Shown: piece by piece, positions 1 to 8,133 of the stretch
Layout of the letters: each line of letters starts with the position of its first letter
Numbering within the stretch: the first letter of the stretch is position 1
Assembly (NCBI GenBank): GCA_910586715.1
Contig: CAJUJG010000012.1
Span: 3,482 to 67,481 of the forward strand
Direction: 5' to 3'
Origin: an uncultured Lachnospiraceae bacterium
GTDB lineage: Bacteria; Bacillota; Clostridia; Lachnospirales; Lachnospiraceae
DNA: 64,000 bases
Notes under the pieces: generated by a model
The model's input: the letters and a program-made list of their open reading frames with translations, nothing else
Databases searched by the model: none
What the model was told of the DNA's origin: nothing
Position numbers and translations under genes: made by a program

Positions 1-2030
1 ATCCGGTAATCATTTTCCCCATAAATACGCTTTGCTGAAAATAAATCAAAAAAATATACGATACCTCCCCGTTTCGCATTCCGGTTAATTCTGCCCATAA
101 ACTGCTCTTCACTGTCCAAGGTACTAATATCCTTGTATCCGATGTCCATATCAATATCAACGCCCGCCTCAACAACCTGCGTTGCAATCAGAATATATCC
201 CGTTTGTTCAAACTTTTGCGTTTTGATACACCGCAAAATCCGCTCTCTGTCAACACAATTATCGTCTCCCGTCATGCGCTCTACAACGGCGTCAATCTCC
301 TCATCCGATTTCAATCTGTCAAAAAAGCGATATGCCATTTCTTTCTGAATAAATTCAATCAATATCTTTTTCTTTTCCCCTGCCTGCACTTTGACATGCG
401 CATAAAGCGCCTCTTCATCAAAGTCCTCATGGTGTAACAGCTCATAAGAAATCCGAACCCTGTCCTGAAAACGTTTATCATTGAAATAAAACGCCCTGTT
501 TTGGATTAAACGCCGTACACCTTCGTGCGTTCCGGTCAGCACTGCCAAATCGGGCAGTGTGGCGGACATAATAAGAACCTTGCAGTGCAGATATTTGCAA
601 AAATACTGGAGGGACATCATAATTTCCATCCAAATCGCATTTTTATAACTCTGTATCTCGTCCAATACAATCACACTTCCCACAAGCTGGTGAAACCCGA
701 AAAGCGCCTCACGCTGCGTTCCAAACATTGTTTGAAACAGGCTTACATGTGTTGTCAGGATTATCGGATAATTTAAAAACTGTCTGTCCAGCAACGACTT
801 GCTCCAATTGCATTCCGCCCAGTTTTCTTCAAACTCACCGTTCTCCTTATCCGTTTTGACATCCCTTTTTATCGGCGTTACAGAATTGACGACAGCTGCT
901 TTTTCAAAAATATTGCTGCCCTGGAACAGCTCTTCCAAACTGACTTTGTTCTGCTCTACAAGATTGTTAAACGGGTAGACATAAATGATTTTACCCATAC
1001 CCTTTTGGGCAAGGAAAAAGCTGCTGTGAAATCCGACATTACTCTTTCCGCAGCCGGTCGGCGCTTCCAAATAAAAAATGTCCTCATCCGCATGGTCCGC
1101 AAGATTTCGTTCCGCCTCATAAAAAAGCATATTGCGCAGATAATTGATATCCGTTCCGTTATCCACTGCTTTTTCAGGGTGAAACATTCTGATTTCCCGC
1201 ATCCGCTGTGTCTTCTCAAACGTCTCCCGCAAGTCATTTATTTCCCGAACCGAACCAAACTGTTTTATTTCCGTTCCCGTGATATATTCATTTGTTGCAT
1301 AATAATCACACGCCGTCAACAGGGAAAATACCAGCCTTGCATAGGTATATTTTGCAAAACTGCGCGCTTCCGTTTCCGTTTTTGCCCTTTCCAAAATATC
1401 GACATATTTTGATACCGGCATTTGAGAATACTTCCCTCTGTACAACTGCCGAAAGCTTTTTTGCTGCATTGCCTGATCAATATTGTACAGCTTTCCGCCC
1501 GCCTGTATTGCATTCAAAAACGCATCAAAGCTGTCTAAATCGGAATGGTGTTTCATAATCAGATACGCATTTATGCAAACAATCTCATACAGGTATATTC
1601 TTTTCCCCTGGTCAATGGGCGTCGTTTTGTGCATCTGCTCCAAACATGCCATTTGACAGTCAAGGTAAATATATGCCGACAATACAGAATGATTTTGTTC
1701 ATGTAGCTGCGGAATATGTATGTTCTCAAACGCTTTGTTTTTCATTGCTTTTTGTTGAAAAACAGGATTGATTTTTCCTGCATCATGAAACGTGATGACA
1801 TCACGCACTGCCTGTAAAAACCAATCCCTGTATTCTTTCGCCGTGTCCCCGAACAATACCGGCTCCATTGTTTCAAAAGCGTCCTGCATTTTTTCCTTCT
1901 CAAGCAGACGCGAAAAATACTTCTGACAACGCTGTGTATGCTCCTGCAGCGTCTCCCGTTCCTCATAAACCTTTGAATTCGTATGTGCATAAACCGGATT
2001 TGTAAAATCCAATACTTCCATAAGCTCCAT
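1..2030 (-). CDS. cas3: CRISPR-associated helicase/nuclease Cas3 (3' end outside the window)
   Basis: Missing from the ORF track because there is no stop in the window. Manual translation from the ATG at 2030 (GGAGG RBS) gives MELMEVLDFTNPVYAH...ETLQEHT...FHDAGK (HD domain), APTGCGKS (Walker A), YPFNNLVEQ, LDEIQ, MSAT, IATQVVEAGVDID and QFMGRINR (SF2 helicase motifs). Confidence 0.95.
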   Translation of the reverse strand, partial: MELMEVLDFTNPVYAHTNSKVYEERETLQEHTQRCQKYFSRLLEKEKMQDAFETMEPVLFGDTAKEYRDWFLQAVRDVITFHDAGKINPVFQQKAMKNKAFENIHIPQLHEQNHSVLSAYIYLDCQMACLEQMHKTTPIDQGKRIYLYEIVCINAYLIMKHHSDLDSFDAFLNAIQAGGKLYNIDQAMQQKSFRQLYRGKYSQMPVSKYVDILERAKTETEARSFAKYTYARLVFSLLTACDYYATNEYITGTEIKQFGSVREINDLRETFEKTQRMREIRMFHPEKAVDNGTDINYLRNMLFYEAERNLADHADEDIFYLEAPTGCGKSNVGFHSSFFLAQKGMGKIIYVYPFNNLVEQNKVSLEELFQGSNIFEKAAVVNSVTPIKRDVKTDKENGEFEENWAECNWSKSLLDRQFLNYPIILTTHVSLFQTMFGTQREALFGFHQLVGSVIVLDEIQSYKNAIWMEIMMSLQYFCKYLHCKVLIMSATLPDLAVLTGTHEGVRRLIQNRAFYFNDKRFQDRVRISYELLHHEDFDEEALYAHVKVQAGEKKKILIEFIQKEMAYRFFDRLKSDEEIDAVVERMTGDDNCVDRERILRCIKTQKFEQTGYILIATQVVEAGVDIDMDIGYKDISTLDSEEQFMGRINRNAKRGGIVYFFDLFSAKRIYGENDYR

Positions 2031-2065
2031 TGCCTGTTCCTCCAAACCCGTGTCAGGTCTGTTTC

Positions 2066-2794
2066 TTAGTAAAAAACAGCCTGCTTTCCGTCAACATCCC
2101 AAACAGTCTCTTCTGTTTGGGTAAGCGTCATATTGGTAAATACAAATTTTTCCAGTATATATTGATTTGTATGCTCATTCAGTCCAATCGGCAGCGCCTC
2201 TTCGTATTTAAAAGGATTTTCCACGCCTCCAAACAAATCCGCATCGAAATCAATCTGCGCCTTTTGTTTTGGAAAAAGGCAGTCAAGTGAGCTGACATGT
2301 TCCTTCTTATGTCCCTCAACAATCGCTGCATGCGTAATATCTGCCGCATGATCGTTTTTGCCAAGATAAGGAATATAGACACATTTTCTCTCTGTCACAT
2401 ATTCCGCCAGCTTTTTTGCTTCCTCACAGTCTAACAGAACGCAAATATCCCACGAAGGCTCCTCAAGCCACTGCTCTTTTACAATTAAATTCCCGCCCTG
2501 TTCCCGCGACGCGTACCCGACGGAATTATTAAAGCTGACAATTTTTTTTGCAAAGTATCCTTTATCCGCATTCGGAAGAATACTGACCTGTATGCTCTCA
2601 AGCTTTTGGTAATATTCGGGATACGGTTGCGATTTGTCCATCTGACTGTATCCCGCATACCCCAAAACAGCCCCAAACAGCCCCATCAGCGCAGGCTTAT
2701 GAATGTGACCGTATGTATAATAGTGCACGGAATTCACATCCGGCTTTTTAAACATTGCCTGTTTTCCTGACAATGTAAATTTTAAAATATCCAT
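2066..2794 (-). CDS. cas5: Type I-B Cas5
   Basis: N-terminal LKFTLSGKQAMFKKP..TYGHIHKPALMGLFGAVLG and PYLGKN motifs; lies between cas7 and cas3; start placed at the ATG 6 nt after AAGGAG. Confidence 0.9.
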   Translation of the reverse strand: MDILKFTLSGKQAMFKKPDVNSVHYYTYGHIHKPALMGLFGAVLGYAGYSQMDKSQPYPEYYQKLESIQVSILPNADKGYFAKKIVSFNNSVGYASREQGGNLIVKEQWLEEPSWDICVLLDCEEAKKLAEYVTERKCVYIPYLGKNDHAADITHAAIVEGHKKEHVSSLDCLFPKQKAQIDFDADLFGGVENPFKYEEALPIGLNEHTNQYILEKFVFTNMTLTQTEETVWDVDGKQAVFY

Positions 2795-2822
2795 AGTCAT
2801 CTCCTTAGCCGCTTTCGGCGCT

Positions 2823-3776
2823 TTAAACAGCACACTGCTTTCGGGTAAAAATATGATACATTTTTACGTTAGGAATATCCGTTTCCACAATCGTCGTATG
2901 CGGATTGTAGTAAATTTCCACATTATTAATCTTGTCCCCAAATCCGCACAACAGTTCTCCACATTTCACACGAATGATATTTTTCTCTTTGTCCTGATGT
3001 TCAAACGCAATGCTTTCCGCAAGATTCGGCAGATAAACGTCCTCCTGCGTTTCAACAAACAAGCCAAACTCATTTTCACATCCGGCTTTTGCATTTGTCG
3101 CAAAAGAAGTCGCAGCGCACAACGCCGTCTCCTTAAACCTTTGGTAATCCTCCTGTGTGTATCCCTGTGTCACGCCCAAATCCACATACTCTTTATACGC
3201 TTTTGGATTAATGGAAAACGGATAAAAATAATGTGCCTCGTCGCTCACGATTTTTGTACCGAGGGACGAATTCTTTGCCTCCTCACCCTCTTTATTTTTC
3301 GAAGCGGCTGTCGCGTCCCGAAACGGAGAAAGAATTTGCTGCTCCTGCGGCATGCTGCCCGCATATTTGTTAAAGCCCTGCCCGAACTGCACTGCGCCGG
3401 TTATCGAAATATTGCAGCCTTTCTCGGCAAACGTAGCGCCAAAATTTTTGACATCCACAGCGCTGAACAGGTTCGTCAAAACCTTTTTTGCGTCCTTCAC
3501 ATCCTCCGATCCAAAAAGCTGTGTGTAACGTTCCAACAGCGTTCTCGGCACCAAATTAACGCTGCCTTTTTTGTCGTCGCTTGTTGTCATTGACTTGATA
3601 TAAAGAACCTTCTCTCCGTTCTCGTCCCACATTTTTTTCATGGAATATTTAAACGCCTTATCGCTTCCGAAGATGTCGCCTTTTGATGTGGTTTTCGGAT
3701 ATCCGCTGAAATCCGCATTCCAGTTTGCCATAATCGAAGAAATCCCCATAACACCGTATACTCTTTGTTTCATCAT
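2823..3776 (-). CDS. cas7: Type I-B Cas7 (Csh2-like) backbone protein
   Basis: ANWNADFSGYP, GSDKAFKY, DVKNFGATF and ITGAVQFGQG motifs; operon position. Confidence 0.9.
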   Translation of the reverse strand: MMKQRVYGVMGISSIMANWNADFSGYPKTTSKGDIFGSDKAFKYSMKKMWDENGEKVLYIKSMTTSDDKKGSVNLVPRTLLERYTQLFGSEDVKDAKKVLTNLFSAVDVKNFGATFAEKGCNISITGAVQFGQGFNKYAGSMPQEQQILSPFRDATAASKNKEGEEAKNSSLGTKIVSDEAHYFYPFSINPKAYKEYVDLGVTQGYTQEDYQRFKETALCAATSFATNAKAGCENEFGLFVETQEDVYLPNLAESIAFEHQDKEKNIIRVKCGELLCGFGDKINNVEIYYNPHTTIVETDIPNVKMYHIFTRKQCAV

Positions 3777-3791
3777 TTCCCAAATCCTCCT

Positions 3792-5597
3792 TTATTGTTC
3801 CTTTTTTCTATAAAATGCACTGCTTGCCGTCAGTCCCGCAATCAGTTCTCGCTGCATTACCTTCTTGCACGTCGGCTCGTATATCATAATGTGACTAATC
3901 ACATTTTTTGCACGTGCGTCTTTATCCGCGTCAATCGCATGGCCATAGCGGATAAACATTTGACCCAGCTTTTCTTTAATCAAACTGTCACTGTCCGCAT
4001 TGAGAAACTGGTTCGCCATTGACAATGGCTTCTTTGCCGATTTGGAAAGGGACAGAAAATAACCTACAAGTTGTCCTACTGCATAGTAATACTCACCGTC
4101 CGAAAACGTCCAATCCTCCTTTGCCATATCAATATGTACCTGAAAGTCCTCCTGTATTGTTCCCATAAGCTCCTCCTTTTCCTTATTATCATTAAAATAA
4201 TCTTCCAGTGAAAGCAATAGATTCAACTGCACTCCTGCACGTAGCAAATAACCGCCCGCAATCTTATTCTTAATCAGTTTCAGTCCCAATTCCTGTATCA
4301 CTTGCTGGATATGATACTCCGGCGCTTTATATAACCATGTAAAAATTCTGTTGCGATAAGTCAGCAGACAGTATTTGAGCCCTCCGTCCATTTGTGGTAA
4401 ATCCATCGGGTCCGTAAAATAGTTAAAGCTTAGGAATTTATCAAAAAACACCTCGTCTATCACTGCCGCCACCTGCGCCGTTTCATTGCACGAACCGTAC
4501 AGTTTTTCATCGCCTGCGCCCTTCAAAATCTCTTTGAAATAGAATGTTTTTGGCAAATTCGAGTTCAGCGCAATCACGGTGTCGCTGTCGACAATTTCCA
4601 CTTCTTTGCCCTTTTTAATTCTCAAATATAAACCATCTTTTATGCACGGAAGGTCCTTGCTCTTGTCCGGTATTGCGGTGATGTTTTCGTTTTCAAAATC
4701 AACATACACATTGACATTTCCCTTGCAGGCATGTCCCCACAGATAATCGAAAAACTGACTTTGCAGCATGACCTGTTCCATATTGAGCAGATACGGCGCC
4801 GGCGTTTTTCGGTTTTTATTTTCAAGAAACGGTTTTTTTGCGTTCAGTCCCATATTATTGCTCGGCATTCCATAAATCGTGCCGTCAGCCGTTACGTTAT
4901 AATCATTGTTATTATAAATATTTGGAATGACGTATCGCTTATTTTCCTTCTCATACAGCTCTTTGGTCTTCTCTTCGTCGTCATATACAAAAAAGAGTTT
5001 CAGATAGTCCTTTCCCGAGAGCGCAGCAGGCAGCAGATCAGGATTTTTGAGCCATGCTTTCATCCATTCCCATATTTTATCCAAGGCCTTTCGGTCAGGT
5101 TCGCCAAGTTCCGCCACTGCCTGTTGATACATTTTTTTTGCTGCCGGTTTTGTATATTTGATTTCAGGCGCAAAAAGCGTTTTATAATAACCGTCAACGA
5201 CACTGCTTGTCAGTTTTTTCTCAGCAATACTGTCCTTTTTTATAAAGAATGCATACATTTGATTGGAATGAATAACTTTTTTTGTGTCAATCGGCTTGTT
5301 CATTTCAATCAACTTGCTGTTATAATCCAAATATCGAATATAAGGATAGCGCTCATCCGTTTTGCCTTGTAATTCCCCGCTCTTTTTATCAAATTTGATT
5401 TCTAACGGTGTTTCACATTGGAAATCCTTATCCATATTGATAAGTACGTACGTTCCGTCTTTTGGAATGTAATTATCGACCAAAAGCTTCGTTCTGCGCT
5501 CCAGTTCTGTACATGTTTCGTCGCTCTCCTGCGACCGCTGGCGGTCTGCCTGCGCATTTAACATCTTGTCAAATACTGCTATTGCATCATATAACAC
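3792..5597 (-). CDS. cas8b: Type I-B large subunit Cas8b (Csh1-like)
   Basis: 601 aa between cas6 and cas7; MNKPID.KK.IHSN, NMGLNAKKPFL and YYYAVGQL motifs typical of Csh1. Confidence 0.85.
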   Translation of the reverse strand: MLYDAIAVFDKMLNAQADRQRSQESDETCTELERRTKLLVDNYIPKDGTYVLINMDKDFQCETPLEIKFDKKSGELQGKTDERYPYIRYLDYNSKLIEMNKPIDTKKVIHSNQMYAFFIKKDSIAEKKLTSSVVDGYYKTLFAPEIKYTKPAAKKMYQQAVAELGEPDRKALDKIWEWMKAWLKNPDLLPAALSGKDYLKLFFVYDDEEKTKELYEKENKRYVIPNIYNNNDYNVTADGTIYGMPSNNMGLNAKKPFLENKNRKTPAPYLLNMEQVMLQSQFFDYLWGHACKGNVNVYVDFENENITAIPDKSKDLPCIKDGLYLRIKKGKEVEIVDSDTVIALNSNLPKTFYFKEILKGAGDEKLYGSCNETAQVAAVIDEVFFDKFLSFNYFTDPMDLPQMDGGLKYCLLTYRNRIFTWLYKAPEYHIQQVIQELGLKLIKNKIAGGYLLRAGVQLNLLLSLEDYFNDNKEKEELMGTIQEDFQVHIDMAKEDWTFSDGEYYYAVGQLVGYFLSLSKSAKKPLSMANQFLNADSDSLIKEKLGQMFIRYGHAIDADKDARAKNVISHIMIYEPTCKKVMQRELIAGLTASSAFYRKKEQ

Positions 5598-5676
5598 AGT
5601 ATCCCTCCATTCTTATAACCATTTTCCTTGTAAAATCCGTAAATTTGAGACTCCTTTTATAGCATCGTTTCGTTAT

Positions 5677-6372
5677 TTAAACAAACCGGTACCCTAAAAA
5701 TCCAAGCCCGCGGGCGCCCATCGTGCCCATTCCGTTTGCCAAAGCAAAATACATCACTTTTTGCGCATTTTCATCGTCTGATACCTGCATTGACAGTTTA
5801 TCGCCCAACAGCGTTATTCCCTTGTAGCAAACGCCTACCGCACACTTGCTTTTGAGTTCCAGTTGATGATAAAGCGTGATGTTTTCTGCTATTTTATCGC
5901 CGGTATATTCTTCGTACTGGTGACACAGGCTCGACGTAAGTTCTCTCTCAAAATCCTCAAAAGACATGCAGTCGCGCCAGTAACCTTTATCATTTTTTAA
6001 TACAACCGGCGTTAGGGAATATACGGACGCAATCTGTTTTCGCGGTATCTGTTTCACGGTTCTTGTAAGTCCTTTTATGGCATCTGTTCTGTAATCAGCA
6101 AGCCCGTCCATTAGATAAGACAATAGTTCTTTGTCTGCCGTGCGGATACGGAATTGGTAAATTTGGTCGTGTTTGTAGGCTTTCATACCTTTTTCTATTT
6201 CAATTGGGAGATCGTAGTTATAACCTTTAATTGATTTTCGCCGATGGAATTCATTGAACTGTTCATTCTGTGCCAAATAACCGTCGATGAACTTATTTAA
6301 TTCACCATAAATCAACGGAACCGGAATATCTCTCAGTATGTAGATACGACATATCATTTCATATATATTCAT
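5677..6372 (-). CDS. cas6: CRISPR endoribonuclease Cas6
   Basis: C-terminal Gly-rich loop GMGTMGARGLG and SLTPVVL motif; first gene of the cas operon. Confidence 0.9.
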   Translation of the reverse strand: MNIYEMICRIYILRDIPVPLIYGELNKFIDGYLAQNEQFNEFHRRKSIKGYNYDLPIEIEKGMKAYKHDQIYQFRIRTADKELLSYLMDGLADYRTDAIKGLTRTVKQIPRKQIASVYSLTPVVLKNDKGYWRDCMSFEDFERELTSSLCHQYEEYTGDKIAENITLYHQLELKSKCAVGVCYKGITLLGDKLSMQVSDDENAQKVMYFALANGMGTMGARGLGFLGYRFV

Positions 6373-6668
6373 AATTTCCTCCGCTTTTGCTTCGTTTGGT
6401 ACTTATTTACATTTTATTATTTGTAACTATACAACTTTGTCAGGAAATAATAAAGAATTAATTATTTCCTCTCTTAATCCAAAAATAATTCATCTTTTAT
6501 TTTGATAATTTCATTGTACACTGTTTCCACTGTCTTCGCAAATGTTTGTAAAACATTATTTTACATTTTTTACCATAATTTTTTCTACACACATTGAAAC
6601 ATATATAAACGCATAGTATCGCAAACCATAAACGCCGTATACTTCCTCTCGCATCTTGTCATAAATTG

Positions 6669-6697
6669 TTGACTTTGAAAAAACAAAAGACTATAAT
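6669..6697 (+). promoter_or_regulatory. Sigma-A-type promoter of the antiporter
   Basis: TTGACT-17 nt-TATAAT. Confidence 0.7.
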
Positions 6698-6831
6698 GTG
6701 AAAAGCATATGAGATATACGATGCATAAAATATTATGAAAGAGGGGAAACGTTGAAAATTAAAATTTTCAACGTTACGAGTTTGTTCTATAAGGCACAAA
6801 CTCGCGCACGGAGAAAGGAGCAGTGTGAAAA

Positions 6832-8013
6832 ATGGAATCGTATTTCATGTTTAAAAATTTGGCAATTATTATCATCGCCGCCAAAGTCTGTGGCATTTTG
6901 GCAAGAAAGCTAAAAGCGCCTCAGGTAGTAGGCGAGATTATCGCGGGACTTCTAATCGGACCAAGCATTTTGGGTTGGGTGGAACAGTCGGATTTTCTAG
7001 TGCAGCTTGCTGAAATCGGCGTGGTTTTGCTGATGTTTTCGGCGGGACTCGAAACGGATTTAAAGGATTTGTTAAAAACAGGACCGATTGCCGCACTGAT
7101 TGCGTGTGCGGGCGTGTTTATTCCGCTGGTATGCGGTGCGCTGCTCTACATGGCATTTTACGGTGTCGGACCGTGGGGCTCGGAAGAGTTTTATAAGGCT
7201 GTTTTTGTCGGCACGATTCTGACTGCGACATCCGTGAGCATTACGGTCGAGTCGCTGCGGGAAATGGGTAAGCTAAAAGGAAGGGTCGGCACGACAATTC
7301 TGAGTGCGGCAATTATTGACGACGTGATTGGTATTATCGTACTGACGTTTGTGATTGGCTTTAAGAGCCCGGATTCAAAGCCCATGGCGGTGCTGACCAA
7401 CACAGTTTTATTTTTCGTGTTTGCGATTGTGGTCGGGTTTCTCTGTTATAAAGTGTTTCAATTTGTGGACAGCAAATATCCGCATACAAGGCGTATTCCG
7501 ATTGCGGGATTGGCGTTGTGCCTTGCAATGGCGTACATTGCGGAGCGGTATTTCGGGATTGCGGATATTACGGGGGCGTATGTGGCAGGCATTATTCTTT
7601 GCTCCATTCGGGACTCGGGGTATATTGCGGAAAAAATGGATACCAGTTCGTATATTCTGTTTGGTCCGGTGTTCTTTGCAAGTATCGGTCTGAAAACAAA
7701 TGTGGACAGTGTGAATATGAGTATCCTGCTCTTTTCGCTTGCGTTTGTTGCCGTAGGATTGATTTCAAAGATTGTGGGATGCGGAATTATGGCGCGGCTT
7801 TGCAAGTTTAACGGATTGGATTCGCTAAAAATTGGCGTTGGGATGATGACGCGCGGTGAGGTTGCGCTGATTGTTGCACAGAAAGGACTTTCGGCAGGAC
7901 TGCTGACGCCAGTTTATTTTACGTCCGTTATTTTTCTGATTATTGTCTCGTCGATTTTGACGCCGATTATTTTGAAAATTTTATATTCCAAGGACACAGT
8001 TTCCCCGGCGTAA
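6832..8013 (+). CDS. Cation:proton antiporter, CPA2 (NapA/KefB-like) family
   Basis: Highly hydrophobic; P.VVGEIIAG, GLETD, TATSVSIT, AAIIDDV and RGEVAL motifs. Confidence 0.9.
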   Translation: MESYFMFKNLAIIIIAAKVCGILARKLKAPQVVGEIIAGLLIGPSILGWVEQSDFLVQLAEIGVVLLMFSAGLETDLKDLLKTGPIAALIACAGVFIPLVCGALLYMAFYGVGPWGSEEFYKAVFVGTILTATSVSITVESLREMGKLKGRVGTTILSAAIIDDVIGIIVLTFVIGFKSPDSKPMAVLTNTVLFFVFAIVVGFLCYKVFQFVDSKYPHTRRIPIAGLALCLAMAYIAERYFGIADITGAYVAGIILCSIRDSGYIAEKMDTSSYILFGPVFFASIGLKTNVDSVNMSILLFSLAFVAVGLISKIVGCGIMARLCKFNGLDSLKIGVGMMTRGEVALIVAQKGLSAGLLTPVYFTSVIFLIIVSSILTPIILKILYSKDTVSPA

Positions 8014-8027
8014 AACCGGGGATTTTT
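8003..8027 (+). terminator. Probable intrinsic terminator overlapping the antiporter stop
   Basis: CCCCGG-cgtaaaa-CCGGGG hairpin followed by ATTTTT. Confidence 0.55.
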
Positions 8028-8029
8028 AT

Positions 8030-8133
8030 GCACACGGGCACCCAAAGGAAATTTGTCACCAAACCGATAAATCGGTTCGCTGACGGGTGCCCGGCGCGCG
8101 CGTAGGGAAGATAAATCTTCTCTACACGATTTT
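8030..8133 (+). repeat. Dispersed structured intergenic element, copy A
   Basis: GCAC-CGGGCACCC-AAGGAA-inner hairpin-GGGTGCCCG-GCGCG-hairpin-ATTTT; same layout at 32119-32194 and 60222-60311. Confidence 0.7.

Noticed and set aside
5598..5676. CreTA-like toxin-antitoxin RNA between cas6 and cas8b
   Set aside because: Only about 80 bp, with no repeat-like pair visible.
6373..6831. CRISPR array upstream of cas6 (ATTGAAAC at 6593-6600)
   Set aside because: No regularly spaced repeats; a single 8-mer in AT-rich DNA is not sufficient evidence.
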